Origin: Octopus sinensis
Taxonomy: Eukaryota
NCBI RefSeq assembly: GCF_006345805.1
Contig: NC_043006.1
Coordinates: forward strand, 57,164,001 to 57,228,000
DNA: 64,000 nucleotides
Reading direction: 5' to 3'
Below are positions 26,661-38,289 of the stretch, piece after piece. A model generated the notes under the pieces. That model was not told where the DNA came from. It made no database searches and saw only the letters and a program-made list of their open reading frames with translations. The stretch's first letter is position 1. Each line of letters opens with the position of its first letter. The position numbers and the translations under genes are program-made.

Positions 26661-28391
26661 AATATATGGTTGAGAGCAAAGGGAAAATGAGAGAGAGAAG
26701 ACAGGGGGATAATTCAGTGGTGACAAGAGGCATTGACAAGGAGGGAAAAAGAAGAGGATGAAAGAGAGAGAGGGATAGGCTCAGAGAATGTGAGAAGGGA
26801 AATAAGTAGAAGGAAAGAGATAGCAGAGAAAAGACAGGAATGACAGGATGAAAAAGAGATGAAAATAAAATAGAAGTGAAACATGGAAAACAGACAAAAG
26901 CAATAGAGAGAGAAGGGTAGAGAAACAAGGCTGGAAACATCATAGAAAAATGGGAGCAGCAGTGGTAGGAGCGATAGTCCATTAACCCAAGACTATAGGG
27001 TTAAAATTCAACCAATGAAAATTGGTAATACCAGAATATTAGATGAACTCTAAAAGGTGTTATATTCTGTCTTTTGGCAAAAACATTTTTGTACCAAATT
27101 AAGAGAAAGTATTTATTTAGTCCGTCAGGAGTTAAAGTTTCAAGCAGAATGACCACACTAGACTTGATAGCAGGACAATAGCTCAACAGCAGTATGAAGG
27201 TCCACCCTGTACAACTGATGAACAGCCAGCTAGATAGCTATTTTAGGTGCTAATACTACCAAGATCAACTTCCAGATCAATAAGAGGAAATAAATGCAGC
27301 ATATTGGAACAGGTGATGAACAACTAGACTAATTGATACCATGAGTCATAACCAAACATTTACTCAATTACCTCCATGTTAAAAGGAGGTACTCATACAA
27401 CAATATCTGCGACAAACCTAAGAGAACCTCAATTTAGCTGTTCAACTTGCTGAAAATAGCAGCTAAAGCTCCCTAAAAAAAAATACACTATCATTTATAT
27501 AAGTAGAATACATTGGATAACACTGTTCTAGATATACAAAAAAAAAAAAAAAACAGGACAGTAACAGATGGAATTATCATAGATTTATTGACCAGAACTC
27601 GAGGTGAAATGGCAAGGCATCACTGTCCCTGTCACTTAGCTAACCCCTGCTTAAGCAGATCAAATGGTGTTAAAATGTTTGCTATTCATATTTATTTGAT
27701 TCTAACAAAAAGGTGTAACATTATAGATTATTAGGATATTAGGTGTTGAGTGGAGTGACGATTTCTCTCCCATCACTGGTACAATGTTCATAAATAAGCA
27801 CAGCACTTGACTCTCAATGGACTTGTCTATCTGAAAGTAGGACAATTATAGCTAACTACCATTAGCAGCAAGGGCACTGTATTTATAGAGCTGAATTAAC
27901 AGTTAACTTTAGATTTAAATAATAGAACAGTCAATCACTGCAGTTTTCTCACTGAAAATACTGTAAATGAAGCAGATAGAGAATCAGTATGTGTTGGATA
28001 CAAGTTGGTGAATATTTTAAACAATAGACACGATGGGGGTTTCATAAGCAACCAAATACTTTATAAGTAGTTATTTCATCAACCACTGAGAAAAACTACA
28101 ATAGCAAATGTCTCCTGGGGCTAAATTACAGCAACATTCGTCCTAAACCAGGACTGCCATGTTATGTTGGCAAAAATATTTACTCCAAAGTACTGTTGCT
28201 GAATATCTCTCGTCGTGAGATTTTAAAAAATAGTAATTTTCTAATGTTTACAATATGGTGAAAATAAGTCCCATAACTCATTTAGTAACAGTGTAATACT
28301 AAAGTATTCAATTAAATAAAGAGTATCTATAGAAAAATTGGCTTGATGGTTCCTATCTTTCTCCACGAAGTTCGGGAAGCATGTGGTTTAA

Positions 28392-28611
28392 CCCTTTAGC
28401 ATTCAGATTATTCTGTAAAATGTAAAGCTTATGTATTCACACCATGTAAAATTAATCTTGTATCATTTCATGGCTTTGAGATTTCAATGATGTGATTCTT
28501 TATTTTTAAAATGACACAATAAAATAGCTATGAATGACTATATCTGACTAGTTTGAACATAAAATAGGTAAAATATTTTAGCCAGATATGGCCGGTTTAA
28601 ACACTAAAGGG
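28392..28611. mobile_element. piggyBac-type MITE
   Basis: TTAA-CCCTTTAG ... CTAAAGGG-TTAA. Confidence 0.85.
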
Positions 28612-29617
28612 TTAAACCAAACAAGTTAACAAAACACAGCATCTCCACTGCTTACATTGCACTGTATGAACTAATGTTACCTATTTATTAAATAATATGA
28701 GCAAGTGCTAAAAAGCTCCTGGCTTTTAGGGTATTATGAAAGGTCAAGTTGGCATCCAACATTCTAAGTTCTTTTAGAGGGTTTAGGAAAACTGAAGGAC
28801 CACTGTAACAAGTGTGTGAATCTGAGAGGGAAATATGTTGAATAAAAACATAATTAACTGATCCTCCTGTTCTTTCTTATACCCAAAGACAGGAACTTTT
28901 CATCACCTCCTCCTACATAAACCTTTTGTTCAGTCTAACATACAATATGTCAACACTTTTTTCATAAACTCAGTCAATTATCAGGTATTTATAATATGGA
29001 TTCTCTAGAAATCTAACAATCATTAATTTGTTTCATTTTGACTGCAGGCATGCTGGAGCACCACCTTAATTAACTCCAACAAGCTTGCTTCAGTGACCAC
29101 CTTGTAACATTTACAATTACTCAAACATAATTCATCTCCAGAAAACTAAAATAAACTACTTTCACTTGACCTAATTCTGGCTTGGTGGGGAGAGGTGGAA
29201 TGGACATCAAAATAACTTAAATACTCACTATAAATAACGTGATAGTGTCAAAGAAACACTACATCTATTTTAAATATGATTTCCGAAAAAACCTACTCTT
29301 TCCAAGAACCAGATAAATCCATATGGAAGCACATACATACAACCTTGTTTGTAGGCTCAAACATTTTAAAATATTAGTTGACAAGAAAGAAAAATGTATG
29401 TAACAGTCATGTTATGTCTTTCATAGAGAAAGAATCTGACCCTTTAATTGTCATGCAAAATTTAGGTACACTCCTGATAGCTAATATTTCCAAAACATTT
29501 TCACAAACATACTTAGAAATATATTTCGTTTTTGGATTTAGTTTGCAAGATTCTTTATGTGAGTTCATGTGTTGAAGCATATTCTGTTGTGTCTGGGGAG
29601 AGTCATTTTCTTTTTGC

Positions 29618-29818
29618 GCCTTATAATTTAACACACCAGTAAAATTTCCATTTATTTCTTATTTTTATTTTCCTAAACTTTGCGTTGTGTCTTGCATTCT
29701 TCTCAGTAGTCTTGAGTCGAGACTATTGAAAAGGTTGCAAGACGCAACAAAAATTTTAGGAAAATAAAGATAAGAAATAAGTGGAAATTTTACTGGTGAG
29801 TGTGTTAAATTATAAGGC
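29618..29818. mobile_element. Fully palindromic ~200 bp fold-back element
   Basis: Left arm 29618-29712 pairs with right arm 29720-29818 around a 7-nt loop (TGAGTCG), with scattered mismatches. Confidence 0.85.
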
Positions 29819-29974
29819 ATGAAAAGACACAACTTAGAAATATAGTTTTCATAATAGTCTATCAATGTTATAGGATCAACCTTCACTCCTTAATTTCAAT
29901 AGATAAATTTAGCAGCAGAAACTTATAACCACCACCATTAATGTCTAACATTTTTCTTTACTGTCATAATTGGA

Positions 29975-30208
29975 GAAGGTCAGTTTGACAGCGGAGCATA
30001 CTGGCTTCATTCCTTGCAAGCTTACACATGTTCTCAGCAATCACGGCCCATGTTTCACTGGTACATAGCATAGCTGTTCACACACGTGTCATACAGTACA
30101 CCTTTTACTCTAAGCAAGAGGCCCTTTGTCATCAGCAGAAGTAGGAGCTCTCTGAATTTTGCCCAGGCTATCCTTACTCTAGCAGCTACACTTTCAGAGC
30201 ATCCACCC

Positions 30209-30210
<2 letters not shown>
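29975..30210 (-). mobile_element. RTE-clade LINE RT fragment
   Basis: GGCSESVAARVRIAWAKFREL...RVKGVLYDTCV...SETWAV. Confidence 0.85.
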
Positions 30211-30266
<56 letters not shown>

Positions 30267-31439
30267 CGAACTTCTCTCTTTAGTTTCCATCTATCAAATC
30301 TACTCACAAGGCTTTGGTCAGCCCGAGGCTATAGTAGAAGGCACTTGCCCAACATGTCATGCAATGGTACTGAACTAGGAATCATGTGGTTGGGAAGCAA
30401 ACTTCTTATCACACAGCCACAACTGTTGTTTATGAATCAATTAATTGCAACCATCACTGCCTGTACAAAGGAGATGTAATTATGTTACAACTATCAAAGA
30501 ATGTCAACAAAAAAAAAACCCAAAAAACTGGAGGATACTTCAGAAGAGATAAACAGAAAAATTAAAATGCGAATATTAAATCTGATGGTTATTGCAATCC
30601 AATAAAGTGACAAAAAATAGAATCTGTAAACTACCAGGGAAAATTAGTTTTAGTGTTTAGTCGCATCCCTTTACATTCATCATCATAATTTAACATCCAG
30701 GTTCCCTGCAGGTATAGGCTGGATGGTTTGGTAGGACCTGGCAAGTGCAAGGACTGCATTGTACTCCAGTATCTTCTTTGGTATCATTTCTATGGTCAGA
30801 TGCCCTTTCTAATGTCAACCACTATATAGTGGATACTGTGGTGCTTTTTTTTCCCCATCAGCACCCGTGGGGTTGCTGTGCAGCTTATGAGACTATAAAC
30901 CACAAGGCAGGTCCTTATACAAAGAGATGAGAGGTTAAAGTTTAAGAGAAGAGAGCAGAGCAGGTTTCTTGTTGTAGAGGAGAGGGCTACTCAGATTTAG
31001 ACAAGAGAGAGACAACAATTAGTTGGAGCTGCAAAGAGAAGAAGCCTTCACCAGTAAACTTTCCCTTGCAAGACGTACATAAAATGAGATATATTTGATT
31101 ATATTCTCCTCTATAATTTGTGGTCAAGTGCCAATTTCAAAATAGATATTCAAATATCCCACTTTTCTGTTTGTTAGAATGATTTTTCCAAAAAAGGAAA
31201 TGGTAGCTGTATGCTGAAAAAGAAGATATTGATTATTTAGCCCTAGGCAGCCCTGATTTGGTAGATCTCTGATCAATTGTAGCTAGACTATCAGTTTTTA
31301 TCTATGTATAGTGTACCCCAGATTACATTAACCAATATGTCCTTTATTTCAGTAGCATGTGGTTTGAGGAACATTCAGCTACTGTTTCTAACAAAATAAG
31401 TGACTACATTGACTTGATTTTCATCAAATAAAAAAGATT

Positions 31440-32560
31440 TGTATCAGCCCGGTCTAGTAGAAGGGTCTGTACGCATATCTTTCACTGGCCCCCTAAGACC
31501 AGACACTCATGTTGGTAATATTCCTCTTAAATGTTTGCAAATAGATGACTGCAAATAAAGTATGTGCAGGGAAGGAGTTCTGGGGAGGTAGTTAGAGAGC
31601 CCTTAATGGAGAGTGAGGCTTTTAAATGGTTTAGATAATGAAAGGGAGAGAAGCAAATTGGGGGTGCATAAGTGGAGGTAGCAGATTTGGAATGCATAAG
31701 TGAGACCAGTTGTCCAGCTCTCAAAATCAGAGACTATAGTAATATTGGCAAAGGTAGCATGTCAAATCCAGAAGTGTGTGTAGCATCTGCAGACCTAGTT
31801 ACAAGAATAGTGCTCCATTTCAAAAGTTGAGCTTTGTAGACGATTAATAGCTGTTAAGGATCTGAAATATTTTCTGGTGTTGAAGTTTTGTAATACAGTG
31901 TTTGTTATGTCAAGGCTGTGTGTTCACCAGAAGAGATCCTCACTGATGGTGAGGTCTAGCATTCATAGCAAATTTGAGGTTTCTAGTTGCATGCTGCTTG
32001 AATTTGGGGTGGTGGGGAATAAAGTTTTATCAATGTGTGTAGTGATTTTTATATTTGTATTGTCGAAGGAGATTTATGAATTCTCCGTTTATGAAGCCAG
32101 TACAGGTTTGGTATGGGGAGTGTTGATAATGCTTAAAATTAGGTTAGGGAGGAATGAAAGGTGCTATCATCAGTGTAGAAGTGTGCATTGTTAGAAGTGA
32201 CAGAAAGTAGATTGCTAACATACAGGAGAAATTGTGTGAAGGACAAAACTGAACCCTGAGGTCACATCAAAGTTGACAGAATACAGGCCACAGAGAGCTC
32301 AACATATGCCATAATAGTTGAAATGACAGAGAGTCAGCAACACAAGAAGTAGAACAGTTTTGCTAGCAGATTTGCATGCTAGCCAGGTTTAAAAGTTTTA
32401 ATACTGCTGAAGGTAACAATACTACTTTCACTAAATTTATTAAGTGTGGATCTCTACAGGTAACATATAAGAGTAGGACACTGGAACATTTGATGTTACA
32501 AAAGATATACTGGTGGTCATTAAAAAGGAAATGAGATTCAATGTAATGAAGGGAGTTATT
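31440..32560 (-). mobile_element. Degenerate CR1/Jockey-group LINE RT fragment
   Basis: PQGSVL, FLLYV and YTDD motifs, downstream TISEDLFW and QLLIVYKAQ-like segments, many stops. Confidence 0.7.
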
Positions 32561-32664
32561 CTTAATGGCTGTCACAATCCCCTTTGAAATGTAGGAAGTG
32601 AATGTGATAGGACAGTAGTTAGAAGGGTCTAAGATGTTTCCCTTTTAGGAAAACATGGACTCAC

Positions 32665-32891
32665 TGCATCTTGTTTTCAAAAAGATTACTATAACTGAAG
32701 ATGATTATGAAGAGCTGGGAACTTAATAATAGGTGGAATATCCAAACTAATATATATTCAAAGCAAATATAATGTAGTGGCTTTTGCTTCAGATCAGACA
32801 CTCGAGCAAGAAAGAAGCAAAAAAAAAATGAGGTATAAAAAGCGCCCACACATAAAATTTTATATGCAAAAATGTCGCTAAAGATCTGAAG
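32665..32891 (-). CDS. Candidate internal exon (75 open, hydrophobic codons)
   Basis: Acceptor ttttcctttttgttag, donor GCA|gtgagt, open in the frame continuing exon 1. T-rich intron DNA can give such ORFs by chance. Confidence 0.25.
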
Positions 32892-33814
32892 CTAACAAAA
32901 AGGAAAAACAAATGGAGAAATGGTCAGAGACATCAAATATCACAAGTTTCAACTAAGACTACCCTTTTCCCATGTATATATGCAAGTAAATATCAATGTA
33001 CATGCATAGACACATGTTAGCAAATGACCACTGACTTCCAAGTTCATTCAATCTTTGACAGGTTTTAAAAATTACTGAATTCCCCAAAGCAGAGTTGGTG
33101 GAGTTGCTGGATTAGTCACCAACAACTTGGTCACAAGAAACTTGAAATATATATCAGGTCACTGACATTATAAAAGTTAAAAGTAATTAGTAAGTTAATG
33201 GTAAGACCTAATATAGATGAAGCATTAGTAAATGAATGCTTCATGTTTGTACAAAAAATATTTTATCAGTTTCAAGATTAGTTTAAGATTGTAACAACAA
33301 CAAATTTAGATAAGTTACAACACCCGGTGTCATGTTTTATTGTTCTTGGTTCAACTTGAATTAAGGTCAATAAAATAGGCATCAATAACAGCAAAGACAG
33401 AACATGTCATTGATATATACACTCCCATTGTAGACTAATTTACAAGTATATTAGCTTGAAAACACTGGTTCTTATCCAATCAGCGAAGTTAAGCAATGCA
33501 TCACTGCTATGATCAATGCACTTAAATGAATAATCAATTGGGAAACATTAGCTGCCTTATATATATATCTTTAGTTTTCTAACAACAGGTGAGCTCACCT
33601 GGTTAAGAATTCTCAATCAGGACATCCCAAATTTGTTTCTACTTGCCCAAGATGAATAACATAGCTTCAGGTTGAACCCAAGCCTTATGAGTAGGCGAGA
33701 CAGAAAATGTTTGGAAGCCTGCTGGTTTGACTGTCCCTTATAATTCAACAGACCAGCCTTGTCATACAAACACATTGATTCTCCTTGATAATTAGGTTAG
33801 GAGTGTATATCATC

Positions 33815-34010
33815 ATCATTGTTTAACATCCATTGTCCATGCTGGCATGGGTTGGACAGTTTGACCAGGGCTGGTAAGCTGAGGGGCTGCAACAGACTCC
33901 AGTCTGATTTGGAATGGTTTCTACAGCTGGATGCTCTTCCTAACGCCAACCACTCCAAGAGAGTAATGGGTGCTTTTTCATGCCACCGGCATGGGTGCCA
34001 GTTGCATGAC
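33815..34010 (-). mobile_element. Repeat ending CCAACCCATGCCAGCATGGA..(GAT)n, probably an RTE 3' UTR or RTE-dependent SINE
   Basis: Homologous copies at ~15900-16115(+) and 30680-30890(-). Confidence 0.65.
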
Positions 34011-34189
34011 ACCAGTATGTGCCACATCTACGATTTCACTTGGTTTGATGGGTCTTCTTCACAAGCACAGCATATTGCCAAAGGTCGCCATCATTTGTCA
34101 TTGCTGCCATATGTTTGTGGATATTAAGGACAAAAAGGATTTTGACACAAAATTACAAGTTGAATATTTAAGTGTTTATTTATATATAG

Positions 34190-34575
34190 GCGTAGGAATG
34201 GCTGTGTAGTAAGTAGCTTGCTTACCAACCACATGGTTCCAGGTTCAGTCCCACTGTGTGGCACCTTGGGCAAGTGTCTTCTACTATAGCCTCAGGCTGA
34301 CCAAAGCCTTGTGAGTGGATTTGGTAGACGGAAGCTGAAAGAAGCCCATCGTATATATGTATGTGTGTGTATATGTTTGTATGTCTGTGTTTGTCCCAAC
34401 ATCGCTTGACAACCAATGCTGATGTGCTTACGTCCCCGTAACTTAGCGGTTCAGCAAAAGAGACCGATAGAATAAGTACTAGGCTTACAAAGAATAAGTC
34501 CTGGGGTCGATTTGCTCGACTAAAGGCGGTGCTCCAGCATGGCCACAGTCAAATGACTGAAACAAGTAAAAGAGT
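34190..34575 (+). mobile_element. SINE family B, full length
   Basis: Complete head, central domain, (TG)n and tail. Confidence 0.9.
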
Positions 34576-34945
34576 ATATCTGTTTATAGCCCTTATTCTA
34601 ACCTAAAGCTGTAGATAAATATGAAACTCCTATGAAAAACAGGTTCTCAGATATGAAAATTGCAATTAACTGCTGACTCTTACCTAAGTTTAACAACAAA
34701 AATTTAGGGACTAGATTTTATTAACACAAAGGATTATTCTTATGTTCTTTTACTTGTTTCAGTCATTTGACTGTGGCCATGCTGGAGCCCCACCTTCAGT
34801 TGAACAAATCAACCCCAGGACTTATTCTTTGTAAGCCTAGTGCTTATTCTATCAGCGTGTAAACACACCAACGCCGGTTGTCAGATGGTGATGGAGAGAC
34901 AGATAGACACAAAGATACACACACACACGTGTGTGTGTGTGTGAA

Positions 34946-35260
34946 GGCGCGTGGCTTAGTGGTTAGGGCTATTCTGCTAACGATTGATAGGTCGTGAGTT
35001 CGATTACCGGCGACGCGTTGTGTCCTTGAGCAAAACACAATTTCACGTTGCTCCAGTCCACTCAGCTAGCAAAAATGAGTAATAGCAGTATTTCAAAAGG
35101 GCCAGCCTTGTCACACCCTGTGTCGTACTGTATCTCCCCGAGAACTACGTGAAGGGTATACGTGTCTGTAGAATGCTCAGCCACTTGCACGTTAATTTCA
35201 CGAGCAAACTTTCATTGATCGTATCAGCTGGGACCCTCGTCGTCGTAATTGACGGAGTGC
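34946..35260 (+). mobile_element. tRNA-derived SINE family C (head C, tail 1)
   Basis: GGCGCGTGGCTTAGTGGTTAG...GTGTCCTTGAGCAA head, inserted in the microsatellite of a family-B SINE. Confidence 0.85.
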
Positions 35261-35271
35261 TCCTATCCTAA

Positions 35272-35307
<36 letters not shown>

Positions 35308-36913
35308 GACCGCTCTTCTTTCACTTTCCGTCAACGAAATCCAGCCCGAGGGTACAGTAGAAGACACTTGACCAGGTTGTCACGCACTGGGACTGAACCC
35401 GGAACCATGCGGTTGGCTAGCAAGTTTCTTACCACACAGTCACATTGTATCAGTTTTCCTTTGAGATCGTTAACTTTCGCCCAATCTTCCCTAGTTCATG
35501 AGAAAGAGACACTGTAAGTAAACCCCTCTCCGAGTCAAACGTATCATGGACAGAAAGAGAAAAGAATTGCTACCACCCAATACTTAACAGGTACTTTACT
35601 GAATTTGGAAGGATGAAAGGCAAGGTGACCTAACCGGGATTTAAACTCCAAGCACAGCCAATGGATATCGTGAGGCAATTCTTGTCGACACTCCTCCAAC
35701 ACTTCGACCAATCCGCCGCCTTATTTATTTCCTCTTGCCATTCATAATCATTTTCTCTTCCTTTCGAAGTATTCATTTCAATTATACTTTACCGCTCCGA
35801 GAGGTCTCTTTCTCTATTGTTGTTTGTGTAGCCTAGGTTCAGTTATGATGGAGCAAGCTTAGAGAGATGGTATGGTGAAATAGGAAGGAAATTTCTCTAT
35901 CTGTAACAGTTTCAACGTCCAGGTTAAGGAATCATTCGTTATGTTCCTTTCCTTGGCATGTAAAAAGGGACTAAAAGAGTCCAACTAGGTTATGAAATTA
36001 CCTCTATTTTATTGTAACTTGCATGGTTGAACGAGAGAACTAAATGGTGCATTTATTACAATATGGTTAGCGATTCTGGACATAGATATCAAACTACAAG
36101 AAACAAAGTATTTAGCTCGGTGCTCTCCTACGCCTGACACCCATCTGACGGTCAGATATGTGTTATAAAGGGATAGAGAGATGAGATCTAGAAATAGCCA
36201 CGTTTTTTTTTTCCTCAAAACAATACATGTATAGCGATGTAAGTGAATCGGTACTCAAAGAAGTGAAACTGGACAGTAGACAAGGGTTAGCTAAAACAGA
36301 AATAATAGGCTATGTCGGCAACAGTTGGTTTTCGTTCTAAGATGGTATATTAAGATTCCTTTAAGGGGCGCACGTAGACAGTCAGGGATTTTCCAGAGAA
36401 CAACGACGACAATATACATCCTGAATAGAAAAGAAACCTTCTAAACGACCAAACAACAAATCTTATACTTTTGTATCTCGTCCCACAAACCTTTTGCGGC
36501 AAAATTATAAAAGCAACAGAGTGGTTGTATATTGTCAACATAACGTGACAGTCCCGTAAGGGAATTACATCACCGCTATTTAGCCCTAGGAAGTATCGAC
36601 GCTTCCTGTATTCACGAGGAAGAAAAAAATGCTTGGTCATTAGCCGAGCATTCGGTTTGTGCCCGTTTCCCTCCTCCTCGTTTAAATCGAGGTATTACAT
36701 AGATATTTCATTTACAACCTATAGTAGACACTTGGACAGTGTTTGGTGTGAAATATAAAATGAAAGTCGTGCGAGACAAAACATCGTAAGCGAAAGGAGA
36801 GGGTAAATAGTGCATTTTTATATACAACACGGTTACATTTAATAGTCTTCAGTGAGTTTAAGTTGGCAGGACTGAATATGTATAGGCAGAACAAGAAACA
36901 ACATTAAACATAC

Positions 36914-36970
36914 CTTGTATTTGTCAAAACCGGCAAGAATAGACGGTGTGAGACCGACTATATCAGCCAT
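36914..36970 (-). CDS. First coding exon of an unidentified host gene, copy 2 (identical to 3783-3839)
   Basis: Same ATG, same 57 nt and same GTATGT donor as copy 1. A long CpG-depleted domain starts ~2 kb downstream. Confidence 0.65.
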
Positions 36971-37086
36971 CTTGATAGAGCAGACAATATTGTAATGCGA
37001 GCGTTTGATCGGTAGTATATGCTCTATTGACCAATCAGAGACGTTGTTACAAAAGACAGTTGGGAATTATGTAAAGACGGATAGAG
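36971..37086 (-). promoter_or_regulatory. Core promoter/5' UTR, copy 2 (CCAAT at 37031-37035)
   Basis: Identical to 3840-3955. Confidence 0.55.
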
Positions 37087-37914
37087 AGAGATATAGAGAA
37101 GAAATAGAGGTGGAAGAGATAGAGAGAGAGGGGGGGAGAGATTAAGAAGATATAGAGGTGGAAGAGAGAGAGAGGGAGAGAGAGAGAGTAAGTGAGAGAG
37201 TAGTAGCAGCAGAAAAGACTAAGGAAAAACGTGATACAAACACGCACACATACGTATTTTATTATATATAGTCAGCAGAAGTTACAGTGACTAAAGGGCT
37301 GTGTGTTTCGTACACTGGCTTGAACATCACCAGGTAGTGCCATCTTAAGGCATGGGAACACTAAACAGATGCCTAGGGGCCTTATGGTTCTAGGGACACA
37401 TTTTTGATCTACGTATACTGTGACTTAGTGTCCAATACATTGATTTGCCCGGGTGCCTATAATGTTACCAGGATGGCTCAGTCTCCTGGTAAATGTCTTC
37501 AGGAAAACATAGTTGAGGAAGGAACTAGAGGGTCTGTTCCGAACGTAGCGTAATCAACGTACCATACGAGGTAGCGAGCTAGCAGAATCGTTAGCACGCG
37601 GGACAAAATGCTTGGCGGCATTTCATCCGTCTTTACATTCTATTCTGAGTTCAAATTCCGCAAAGGTAGACTTCGCCGTTCATCTTTTCGAAGTCGATAA
37701 AATTAATACCAGTAGAACACGGGAGTGAATGGAATCGACTTACTCCTCCCCAGAAATTGCTGGCCAAATTTTGATATTAATATACCATCCTGAAATACAA
37801 TACAACGTCTCAGAGTCAGCGATGGAGTCAGTACATAGTCGATCGGCGTGCTTGAAATAACAGCCAAATCTATATGAGAAATGGGATGGTTATGATCGGA
37901 AAGTCTTTTAAGTA

Positions 37915-38022
37915 ATGAATGATGATGAAGACGATGATGATAATGATGACGATGATGATGACAATGACGATGGTGGTGGTGATAATGATGATGATGATGA
38001 TGATCATCATCATCATCATTAT
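37915..38022. repeat. (GAT)n/(CAT)n compound microsatellite
   Basis: Direct reading. Confidence 0.97.
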
Positions 38023-38289
38023 TGTGCAATCCTGGTGACACAGGAGGACCTACAACTATCATTCTCCAACCTACAGGGTTATACTTAATGCCATCCTGTC
38101 AACTCTTGCCGTTTTTGGAAATCTCGCCCATATTTCAGTAAATTTCAGTAAAGGACAGTACCTTTCTTTCCACTCTCACTTTTTCTCCTCCCCCTCCACC
38201 ACACACACACACACACACCACACACACACACACAACACACACACACATAAAACTTTAAAAAGTTGTCGAGTGCCCCATAACGAAAGATA

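Larger units (their letters stand above)
36060..37086. repeat. Segmental direct duplication, copy 2
   Basis: Aligns to 3010-3955. It carries a ~90 bp unrelated segment at ~36518-36610 in place of copy-1 3428-3470. Confidence 0.95.

Noticed and set aside
37703-38062. Poly-Asp/poly-His ORF
   Set aside because: Translation of a (GAT)/(CAT) microsatellite.
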